A stretch of DNA of 35,013 bases from Nemertoderma westbladi (lineage: Eukaryota > Animalia > Xenacoelomorpha): contig JAUCBJ010008210.1 in NCBI GenBank assembly GCA_032718475.1, positions 1 to 35,013 on the forward strand, written 5' to 3'. The notes under the pieces were generated by a model that had not been told where the DNA came from, did not search any database, and saw only the letters and a list, made by a program, of their open reading frames with translations. Made by a program: the position numbers and the translations under genes. Positions 13,102 through 24,533 of this stretch are shown in pieces. Each line of letters starts with the position of its first letter. Within the stretch, counting starts at the first letter, position 1.

Positions 13102-16100
13102 AGTGTGTCCGATCGCTTTTACGTATTCCGCTCTGTAATAGTGTGTCCGATCGCTTTTACATATACCGCTCTATAATAGTGTGTCCGATCGCTTTTACGT
13201 ATTCGCTCTTTAATAGTGTGTCCGATCGCTTTTACGTATACCGCTCTATAATAGTGTCCGATCGTTTTTACGTATTCCGCTCTATAATAGTGTGTCCGAT
13301 CGCTTTTACGTATACCGCTCTATAATAGTGTCCGATCGCTTTTACGTATTCCGCTCTATAATAGTGTGTATGATCGCTTTTACATATACCGCTCTATAAT
13401 AGTGTGTCCGATCGCTTTTACGTATTCACTCTATAATAGTGTGTCCAATCGCTTTTACGTATACCGCTCTATAATAGTGTGTCCGATCGCTTTTACGTAT
13501 TCCGCTCTACAATAGTGTGTCCGATCGCTTTTACGTATTCCACTCTATAATAGTGTCCGATCGCTTTTACGTATTCCGCTCTATAATAGTGTGTCTGATC
13601 GCTTTTACGTATTCCGCTCTATAATAGTGTGTCCAATCGCTTTTACGTATACCGTTCTATAATAGTGTGTCCGATCGCTTTTACGTATTCCGCTCTATAA
13701 TAGTGTGTCCAATCGCTTTTACGTATACCGCTCTATAATAGTGTGTCCGATCGCTTTTACGTATTCCACTCTATAATAGTGTCCGATCGCTTTTACGTAT
13801 TCCGCTCTATAATAGTGTGTCCGATCGCTTTTACGTATTCCGCTCTATAATAGTGTGTCCGATCGCTTTTACGTATACCGCTCTATAATAGTGTGTCCGA
13901 TCGCTTTTACGTATACCGCTCTATAATAGTGTCCGATCGCTTTTACGTATTCCGCTCTATAATAGTGTGTCCGATCGCTTTTACGTATTCCGCTCTATAA
14001 TAGTGTGTCCGATCGCTTTTACGTATTCCACTCTATAATAGTGTGTCCGATCGCTTTTACATATACCGTTCTATAATAGTGTGTCCGATCGCTTTTACGT
14101 ATACCGCTCTATAATAGTGTCCGATCGCTTTTACGTATTCCGCTCTATAATAGTGTGTACGATCGCTTTTACGTATACTGCTCTATAATAGTGTCCGATC
14201 GCTTTTACGTATTCCGCTCTATAATAGTGTGTACGATCGCTTTTACGTATACCGCTCTATAATAGTGTGTCCGATCGCTTTTACGTATACCGCTCTATAA
14301 TAGTGTCCGATCGCTTTTACGTATTCCACTCTATAATAGTGTCCGATCGCTTTTACGTATTCCGCTCTATAATAGTGTGTACGATCGCTTTTACATATAC
14401 CGCTCTATAATAGTGTGTCCGATCGCTTTTACGTATTCGCTCTATAATAGTGTGTCCGATCGCTTTTACGTATACCGCTCTATAATAGTGTCCGATCGCT
14501 TTTACGTATTCCGCTCTATAATAGTGTGTACGATCGCTTTTACGTATACCGCTCTATAATAGTGTGTCCGATCGCTTTTACGTATTCGCTTTATAATAGT
14601 GTGTCCGATCGCTTTTACGTATACCGCTCTATAATAGTGTCCGATCGCTTTTACATATTCCGCTCTATAATAGTGTGTACGATCGCTTTTACGTATACTG
14701 CTCTATAATAGTGTGTCCGATCGCTTTTACGTATACCGCTCTATAATAGTGTCCGATCGCTTTTACGTATTCCACTCTATAATAGTGTCCGATCGCTTTT
14801 ACGTATTCCGCTCTATAATAGTGTGTCCGATCGCTTTTACGTATACCGCTCTATAATAGTGTCCGATCGCTTTTATGTATTCCGCTCTATAATAGTGTGT
14901 ACGATCGCTTTTACGTATACCACTCTATAATAGTGTGTCCGATCGCTTTTACGTATACCGCTCTATAATAGTGTCCGATCGCTTTTACGTATTCAGCTCT
15001 ATAATAGTGTGTACGATCGCTTTTACGTATACCGCTCTATAATAGTGTCCGATCGCTTTTACGTATTCCACTCTATAATAGTGTCCGATCGCTTTTACGT
15101 ATTCCGCTCTATAATAGTGTTCGATCGCTTTTACGTATTCCACTCTATAATAGTGTCCGATCGCTTTTACGTATTCCGCTCTATAATAGTGTGTACGATC
15201 GCTTTTACGTATACCGCTCTATAATAGTGTGTCCGATCGCTTTTACGTATTCGCTCTATAATAGTGTGTCCGATTGCTTTTACGTATACCGCTCTATAAT
15301 AGTGTCCGATCGCTTTTACGTATTCCGCTCTATAATAGTGTGTACGATCGCTTTTACATATACCGCTCTATAATAGTGTGTCCGATCGCTTTTACGTATT
15401 CGCTTTATAATAGTGTGTCCGATCGCTTTTACGTATACCGCTCTATAATAGTGTCCGATCGCTTTTACGTATTCCGCTCTATAATACTGTGTACGATCGC
15501 TTTTACGTATACTGCTCTATAATAGTGTGTCCGATCGCTTTTACGTATACCGCTCTATAATAGTGTCCGGTCGCTTTTACGTATTCCACTCTATAATAGT
15601 GTCCGATCGCTTTTACGTATTCCGCTCTATAATAGTGTGTCCGATCGCTTTTACGTATACCGCTCTATAATAGTGTCCGATCGCTTTTATGTATTCCGCT
15701 CTATAATAGTGTGTCCGATCGCTTTTACGTATACCGCTCTATAATAGTGTCCAATCGCTTTTACGTATTCAGCTCTATAATAGTGTGTACGATCGCTTTT
15801 ACGTATACTGCTCTATAATAGTGTCCGATCGCTTTTACGTATTCCACTCTATAATAGTGTCTGATCGCTTTTACGTATTCCGCTCTATAATAGTGTCCGA
15901 TCGCTTTTACGTATTCCACTCTATAATAGTGTCCGATCGCTTTTACGTATTCCGCTCTATAATAGTGTGTACGATCGCTTTTACGTATACCGCTCTATAA
16001 TAGTGTGTCCGATCGCTTTTACGTATTCGCTCTATAATAGTGTGTCCGATCGCTTTTACGTATACCGCTCTATAATAGTGTCCGATCGCTTTTACGTATT

Positions 16101-17508
16101 CCGCTCTATAATAGTGTGTATGATCGCTTTTACGTATACTGCTCTATAATAGTGTGTCCGATCGCTTTTACGTATACCGCTCTATAATAGTGTCCGATCG
16201 CTTTTACGTATTCCACTCTATAATAGTGTCCGATCGCTTTTACGTATTCAGCTCTATAATAGTGTGTCCGATCGCTTTTACGTATACCGCTCTATAATAG
16301 TGTCCGATCGCTTTTACGTATTCCACTCTATAATAGTGTCCGATCGCTTTTACGTATTCCGCTCTATAATATTGTGTCCGATCGCTTTTACGTATTCCGC
16401 TCTATAATAGTGTGTCCGATCGCTTTTACGTATTCCACTCTATAATAGTGTGTCCGATCGCTTTTACATATACCGTTCTATAATAGTGTGTCCGATCGCT
16501 TTTACATATACCGCTCTATAATAGTGTGTCCGATCGCTTTTACGTATACCGTTCTATAATAGTGTGTCCGATCGCTTTTACGTATTCCGCTCTATAATAG
16601 TGTGTCCGATCGCTTTTACGTATTCCGCTCTATAATAGTGTGTCCGATCGCTTTTACGTATTCCGCTCTATAATAGTGTGTACGATCGCTTTTACGTATA
16701 CCGCTCTATAATAGTGTGTCCGATTGCTTTTACGTATTCGCTCTATAATAGTGTGTCCGATCGCTTTTACGTATACCGCTCTATAATAGTGTCCGATCGC
16801 TTTTACGTATTCCGCTCTATAATAGTGTGTACGATCGCTTTTACGTATACCGCTCTATAATAGTGTGTCCGATCGCTTTTACGTATACCGCTCTATAATA
16901 GTGTCCGATCGCTTTTACGTATTCCCCTCTATAATAGTGTCCGATCGCTTTTACGTATTCCGCTCTATAATAGTGTGTCCGATCGCTTTTACGTATTCCG
17001 CTCTATAATAGTGTGTCCGATCGCTTTTACGTATTCCACTCTATAATAGTGTGTCCGATCTCTTTTACATATACCGTTCTATAATAGTGTGTCCGATCGC
17101 TTTTACATATACCGCTCTATAATAGTGTGTCCGATCGCTTTTACGTATACCGTTCTATCATAGTGTGTCCGATCGCTTTTACGTATTCCGCTCTATAATA
17201 GTGTGTCCGATCGCTTTTACGTATTCCGCTCTATAATAGTGTGTCCGATCGCTTTTACGTATACCGTTCTATAATAGTGTGTCCGATCGCTTTTACGTAT
17301 ACCGCTCTATAATAGTGTCCGATCGCTTTTACGTATTCCGCTCTATAATAGTGTGTCCGATCGCTTTTACGTATACCGCTCTATAATAGTGTTTCTGATC
17401 TCTTTTACGTATACCGCTCTATAATAGTGTGTCCGATCGCTTTTACGTATTCCGCTCTATAATAGTGTGTCCGATCGCTTTTACGTATTCCGCTCAATAA
17501 TAGTGTGT
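13102..17508. repeat. Satellite array of 36/37/38-bp units, about 118 copies
   Basis: Consensus gtgtgtccgatcgcttttacgta(tt/ta)ccgctctataata. Head-to-tail with no unique spacers; length variants arise by loss of gt or c. Confidence 0.98.
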
Positions 17509-19132
17509 GTTAGTATTACTTGCCAATCATTATCCGAAAATTGTACCGCTGCTTATAAATTTCAGTGAATTTGTTTAATTAATTATTATCCTTTACTTAT
17601 ATAAACTTATTGGTACCTGTATTTTTATAGATTTGATGTCCTTCTTCATGGATGAATTAAATAAATAAATAAATAAAAAGTTATGTGTAAAATTTCCCTT
17701 TACAACTTGTGCTGATCCGAGTTGTCTGTAGCACGGACGAACGCAAAGAGTGAATGTAAATCCACAAACATAGTTTAACACTGTTTAATTATGATTGCTG
17801 ACATATTAAGACTTAGATCTAGGCACCATTTTGCCGGTAGTCAAAAATTGATCCCATAATCCAAGAAATATCATCTGCTTCCTGCCTGGATAATATTAAA
17901 TTAAATTACTACAAAAATATTTGTTTTGTCCGGTGTCCCGTTTTTAGTAGAGGGTCACCCCAGCTTTCCCCATGCCCATACCCCCTATTCCTTTCATATC
18001 CCATACCACCGATTGTTTTAAGAATTAAATTCACAATAAAACCCATAATATCTGTATTACAGCAAACGTTGCTGCTTCTCTTCCAGTAGGCTTCCAGTTT
18101 TTCTCTAGCACCGCGTGGTGCCACGATTTCACCTTCGCAACCCCTTTAGGGGGGGGGGGGGGGGATGACCATTGGATATAGACAAATAAATAATTTGATA
18201 CTATTGAATAAATTACCAATATTTAATTGCCTTTGTGTACACACATAATTATGTATTATGTAATTATGTGTTAGTTATGGTCAATTCCATGGTGTTGGAC
18301 GTTGGGGCAAACCCAAATTTTAGGTTGTTTTTTACTATTTTGTAGGAAGTTGTTAATTCAAGGTCAATCAGAGTAATGCTTATGCTACCCCAAATTCGAA
18401 GATCTATATGAGAACACATAATGAGTCCATTGAAAACTACTAGAGTTCTAGAAATTCGAATTTAAAAAGTGGGTGTCGGACGTTTGAGTTTTGGGACAGT
18501 AATTTTTGACTAAAAATTAAAACATTCGTGTAACAGTGCCGATGAGAGCTTTTGCAAATATTGTCTAACCACAGTGATCAGCAACTATTTGGCTACCTAT
18601 TATTAATCCAACCTATGTAATATCCTAAATCTAACATACAGTTGTTGTAGTTTGATTGGAATTGAAATGGTGTCGGACATTTGGTGTCGGACGTTTTGAT
18701 TTGCCCACTAATCCAGGTTCTTTTATTTGTACTTTGTTGGTAATGAATGCGAGGGTTAATATTCGCTTTGTCTTAAACAACATCTCTGCTTTACGGGGGT
18801 AGAAAAATAAAATAATTTCGTTCACAACTTTTCAAACTATGGCATTTTTATCGAACTGTACATTTTTTTATCACTTATTTCTCGAAAACTTTTTATGTGG
18901 TGCTAAATGGTTAAATTATGGTTAAACACAATAATCTGCAACTATGTGTTTAACTAATATATATCAAACTTTTGTAATATCATCAATCTAACGCACAGTT
19001 TTTCAAGTTTGATTGTAAATTAAATGGTGTCGGACGTTTTGTGTCGGAATTATGGTGTCGGACGTTCCAATTATAACAGACTTATCCAGATTCTTATATT
19101 TGTACTAATGTGGATAAATCAATTGAAGTTTC

Positions 19133-20024
19133 AAAATTAAGAAGTGATAAAGTAGAAAGTTAGAAAGTAATAGTAGTAGATAGTACGTAGCACTAAGTAG
19201 TAGTTAGTAGAAGTTAGTAAGAAGTAAGAAGTTAGAGAGTTAGAAGTTAGTAAGAGTAAGTTAGAGAGTTAGAAGTTAGTAAGAGTAAGTTAGAGAGTTA
19301 GAAGTTAGTAAGAGTAAGAGGAGAGTTAGAAGTTAGTAAGAGTAAGAGGAGAGTTAGAAGTTAGAAGTATAGGGAGTATGGTATATGAACATACCACGGG
19401 AGTAAGAGGGTACATAGTACCGTTAGATTTAGAAGAACAGGGAGTGTGGTATAGAGACACACCACGAGGGTAGTAGGAGGGTACACGGTACCGTAGAGTT
19501 AGAGGTATAGGGAGTATGGTATATAAACATACCACGGGAGTAGGAGGGTACATAGTACCGTTAGAGTTAGTAGAGTTAGTAGAGTTAGTAGAGTCAGTAG
19601 AATTAGTGGAGTTAGTGGAGTTAGTGGAGTTAGTAGAGTTAGTATAGTTAGCAGTAATAGAGTAGAGAATATGGTATATGGATATAACATACCATAGTAG
19701 TAAGTAGTAAGTACATAGTAAGAAACAAGTAGAGAGGTAGGTACGATGATAGCACAGAATAGGGGGAAATATAGATAAAACAAAATTTAAAAAATAAAGT
19801 TAGGGGATATTGGCACAAAGAAGGAAGGGAGGTATAATATGCACCGTAGTCAAGTACAACCTTTTTTTCCAATTAGCTACTGGGACTGCGGACTAATTGA
19901 CTAGAGAACGGCAGGACGAGACTTAGACGGATCCCACTAACATGATGCGCACATGTGTGGGACCCAATAAATGTATAGAGAATGAAAACGAGAATGGGGA
20001 ATCGGGGGGAAGAATGGAGAGGAC
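19133..20024 (+). repeat. Partial 5' LTR-like copy of the BEL/Pao element
   Basis: Collinear with 24590-26312: shared start aagaagtga..agtagaaagttagaaagtaatagtagtagatagt, and 19844-20024 matches 26139-26312. Lacks the first ~55 bp and an internal ~300 bp of the 3' copy. Confidence 0.75.
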
Positions 20025-21385
20025 ATTGAAGGCATGTTCAACCAAGTCCGTGTGACGGAAGAAGACAGCGATAGTCAGCGCTTCCTATGGTACAACGGCG
20101 ACGAAGAACCATCTGAGATACCGATGTACAAAATGGTGGTGCAAAACATGGGGGCCAAGTCGTCCTCATTTACAACGACTACGGCTGTGAGAGATACGGT
20201 AGAGGGCAAGGAAGGAGAGTATAGTGCGAAGGCGATCGACATGATTCGACGCGGTTTCTATGTAGACGATGGGATGGGATTTGGAAACACGGTTGAAGAA
20301 ATACTGGAGATAGGGTGCGAGGTTCGCGACATCCTAAAAGAATCCGGGTTCAACCTCACTAAGTTCCAGTCCAGCTCAGAGGAATTCATGAAAGCCATAG
20401 AAGACAAGCGACCAGAGTCGACCATGGAAAACCCCACAACAGCAAAGGGACAGGATATGGCGAACAAGAGAGTGGAGTCTCAGCAAAAGGCGTTAGGGAT
20501 TGTGTGGAACTGGGAGACGGACAAGTTGGAGTATCAACTGAGCCAAGAGGGCGCAAAGATCCACACCAAGAGGGGCTATGTATCATACATAGCAAGAATA
20601 TACGATCCCCTAGGCCTAGCATCACCATTGTTAGTCACGGGGAAGCAGATACTAAAGAAAGTATACAAGTTAAAGGACGAGTGGGATACGGAGGTCCCGG
20701 AAGAAATAAGTAGACAGTGGAGCAAGTGGATGGGGAGTCTAGAGGAGATGGGGACGTACAGCATGCCACGCGTGTATTTCCCGGACGGAGACATGACGGA
20801 CCTGGATCTACACATGTGTACCTGTGCGTCCTTGGAAGCATATGGAGCGGAACTTTATTTGGTACAGTAAAAGGGGGCTCATAAGCCCAGGCTTGCATGT
20901 AGTAAAGCAAAGTCGACGCTACCAGATTCAGCATCAGTGCCGAAACTCGAGCTGACAGCTGCGAGGTTAGGAGTAAGGGCCACAGCTTACTTGATAGACA
21001 CTATATGCTACATAGTGGATACACACTATTGGACGGACTCCATGGTAGTGTTAGGGTGGCTACATAACAAGAAGACGAGATACCCTATATTCGTCGCAAA
21101 CAGGATAGACGAGATAAGGGCAATGACTGACCTTGAAAGGTGACATTACTGCCCTACCGATGACAATCCAACGGATCTTTATCGACGGGCTTGGTACGCC
21201 ACACTTTCATGAAGAAGGAAGAGTTGTGGCAACACAGGCCACACTTCCTTAACAATAGATCAGCCTGGCCACCATTGAGGAAGGGGGACCCTTGCTCAGA
21301 GGGAGTTGTAACAGAAGAGGAAGGGGAAGATTCAGAAGGGGAAATGATATACAGCCAGTTGGTGAGGGAGATCAAGGAAGTGCCA

Positions 21386-23730
21386 CCGAAATCAGAAGAA
21401 CCATGCGATAATCCGACGGATAGGTTACTCAGTTACAGCTCCAGATGGTACAAGACTAAGAAGTTGGTAGCGTATTGGAGGGCCTACGGGGATTTCCTTA
21501 GGGGAGTTGGCAAGGATGCCAAAAGGAAACCAACCATCGATCTGGAAGCAGCAGCTATAACCGTAATACGATACGAGCAGAGAAAGAACTACGCCTACGA
21601 AGTGGACAGAATTAGCAAGCAACAAAACCTTCGTCGAGACAGCGAACTCAACACGCTGTCCCCGCAGTTGAACGATGCTGGGATTCTGGTGATGAATTCC
21701 AGAGTGGTGAACAACAGCAGCTTGGTTATCCCACCAAAACCCATAATAATCCCTAACAAATCACCAATTTGGGACTCGCATAAATCGATACTACACAGAG
21801 GCACGAATCAGACACTCACGGAAATACGAAGGACGTTCTGGATCACCCAACTAAGGAAGAAGGTGAAGGTGGTAGTGGGGCAGTGCCAGACCTGCCGACG
21901 GATGAGAAAGGAGAGGGCCGTACAGGAGATGGCGCCATTACCGGCCAACAGAGTGAGACAACACGACCCGCCATTCACGCACTGCGGCATGGACATGTTC
22001 GAGCCGATTAAGATAAAGGTGATGCGGCACACGGAGAAACGCTACGGTATTATCTTTGTCTGCAACAACACAAGAGCGGTAGGAATAGAACTACGGCATC
22101 GTCATTTATTAAAGACAAAAGTGGCAACATTATTATCGTCGACCAAGCTGATAACCATTATGCTATACAGCGCATTCTTGATGACTCTGCCTTTTTATTG
22201 CAAATTGGAGAGGGATCCGTCATCACGATTTCGTGCTGAGCTCCGAAAAGTTATCGCAAAACTCGATCTCGGCTCTAATAATGACATTAAAGTCCACCTA
22301 TTCCCCCCAACATTTGACATTGGCTATCCTTTTATCACACTAAAGGACCACAAACCACGTGAACAATGGCTTCCTTCACTCAATGGTAGCCTAATACCAA
22401 AAGCCCGTCCTATAATATCGAATACCAATACATTTTTCACACCTTTAGGTAAACTACTTAACCGTTATTTACAACCACTCGTACAACAGTCAGCGAACTA
22501 CATTGAGAGCTCCATGCACTTTGCTAGGGCTCACCCAACACGAACTGGCTCGACGGGTGTAACATTCATTGCTCTGGATGAGGTGGACATGTTCACCTCG
22601 ATACCTCATGACTTGGGGATCCAAGCTACACTCCAATGCCTCAAGGAAGATCCAACACTGCCTGTGCGTTCCCCATTCACCATACAGCACTTTGAGATCA
22701 TAATTCGATACCTACTAACTCACAATTACTTCCGCTATCGAAATTCTTATTACGTTCAAAAGATAGGGTCTGCGATGGGGAGTAACTATGGCGTTTCCTA
22801 TTCGATCCTTAGTATAGCGCGAATACACAGTCACGTTCTTGGCGTTACCCTCATTAGTTGTGTGTTCTTTACCTTCTTTGTAGACGACCATTACTTGCTC
22901 TGCGACCGCATTGTAGATCAGGACCAACTATCTACCCTACTAGACTGTTACAACCGCGCATCCCTAGAATTATACAACGACCCGGCCATCCCGAAATCAG
23001 AAGAACCATGCGATAATCCGACGGATAGGTTACTCAGTTACAGCTCCAGATGGTACAAGACTAAGATGTTGGTAGCGTATTGGAGGGCCTACGGGGATTT
23101 CCTTAGGGGAGTTGGCAAGGATGCCAAAAGGAAACCAACCATCGATCTGGAAGCAGCGGCTATAACCGTAATATGATACGAGCTGAGAAAGAACTACGCC
23201 GACGAAGTGGACAGAATTTGCAAGCAACAACACCTTCGTCGAGACAGCGAACTCAACACGCTGTCCCCGCAGTTGAACGACGCTGGGATTCTGGTGATGA
23301 ATTCCAGAGTGGTGAACAACAGCAGCTTGGTTATCCCACCAAAACCCATAATAATCCCTAACAAATCACCAATTTGGGACTCGCATAAATCGATACTACA
23401 CAGAGGCACGAATCAGACACTCACGGAAATACGAAGGACGTTCTGGATCACCCAACTAAGGAAGAAGGTGAAGGCTGTAGTGGGGCAGTGCCAGACCTGC
23501 CGACGGATGAGAAAGGAGAGGGCCGTACAGGAGATGGCGCCATTACCGGCCAACAGAGTGAGACAACACGACCCGCCATTCACGCACTGCGGCATGGACA
23601 TGTTCGAGCCGATTAAGATATAGGTGATGCGGCACACGGAGAAACGCTACGGTATTATCTTTGTCTGCAACAACACAAGAGTGGTAGGAATAGAACTTGC
23701 ACCTCACGCTACGGCATCGGCATTTATTAA
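21386..23730 (+). repeat. Direct duplication of BEL pol: 21386-22112 and 22991-23730
   Basis: Near-identical copies offset by 1605 nt, both starting ccgaaatcagaagaacc and ending catttattaa. Copy 1 lacks 13 nt (tgcacctcacgct). Confidence 0.95.
22113..22990 (+). mobile_element. Penelope-like element reverse transcriptase fragment inserted in BEL pol
   Basis: DKSGNIIIVD...ILDD, Y.KLERDP, LKDHK...ARPIIS, ALDEVDMFTSIPH, NYFRY...YVQKIGSAMGS, FFVDD are PLE RT motifs. Composition switches from A/G-rich to C/T-rich at both junctions. Confidence 0.88.
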
Positions 23731-24519
23731 TGCCTTAGAAAGGTTTGTAAGCTGCAAAGGGGGAACGCTCAGGGTAATATATTCGGATAACGGGACCAAC
23801 TTCGTTGGAGCGGAGAACAAGTTGGCCGAGGCCTTCGACATCCTAGAGGGAGACGATGTCAAGGCGGCTATGAGAAAACAGCAAGTAATGTAGGAAAGGA
23901 GAACGCCGTACGCGCCACATACATTAGGGTGTGTAGAGAGACTTGTGGGAAGTTCCGAGCGTTTAATGACCAAGCTGATGAACAACCATATGGTCACAGA
24001 GGACATGTTAAGAACAGTGCTAGCCAAGTGCGAGGGAATCATTAATAGCAGATGGCTATATCCAGAGAATGACAACCCGGAATCACTGGATGTGTTAACA
24101 CCAGGACACTTTCTAATGGAGAGGCCGGCGACGATCGACATGCGGGGTATAGACCCAGATGACATACATTCCCGTCAAAGCTGGAAAGTCACCAAGGCAA
24201 TAAGTGCGGAGTATTGGAGGAGATGGGTCCAAGAATATCTTCCGACGTTGCATAGGAGAAGTAAGTAGAGAAACACCAATAGGGAGTTGAAGAAGGGTGA
24301 CTTGGTAATCGTCACTGACGACACAATTATCAATAACCAATGGAGACTAGCGAGAGTGGTAGATACTTATTCCGACAAGGACGGAAGAGTCCGGTCGGTG
24401 GAAGTGAGAATAGGAGGCAAGATAGGGGCCAAAGATAGGAAGACCTACATGAGGGCCATGGGAAAGTGCTGCCTATTGGAAGGGGCACCTTAGAGTTTAG
24501 CTGTCCAATATGTTTGACT

Positions 24520-24533
24520 GAGGGGGGTGGGAA
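24520..24533 (+). other. Polypurine tract of the BEL element
   Basis: gaggggggtgggaa immediately before TG at 24534, about 30 nt after the pol stop. Confidence 0.7.

Larger units (their letters stand above)
20021..24493 (+). pseudogene. pol: BEL/Pao LTR retrotransposon pol (RT, RNase H/Peptidase_A17, integrase, DUF5641-like tail), disrupted
   Basis: DIEGMFNQV, YVDD, KALGIVW, IYDPLGL, PKLELTAA, WTDSMVVLGW, FVANRI; zinc-binding H..LH.G...FWI...CQTC; integrase GMDMF / SDNGTNFVGA / ERLV; LTPGHFL, WRRWVQEYL, GDLVIV. Several nonsense codons and a frameshift near 21180; gag and protease are missing. Confidence 0.95.

Noticed and set aside
13143-16860. Many 60-82 aa ORFs in the satellite
   Set aside because: They are translations of the tandem repeat and are broken by unit-length variants.
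13102-17508. CRISPR-like array (repeat length 36-38 bp)
   Set aside because: Units are contiguous with no unique spacers, there are no cas genes, and the context is eukaryotic.
21191-23176. 661-aa ORF as a currently functional gene
   Set aside because: It starts at TTG after upstream stops and a frameshift, ~33 codons at the junction are in a non-native frame, the RT is cut shortly after the DD motif, and it ends at a CGA-to-TGA mutation. Only the historical chimera is proposed.
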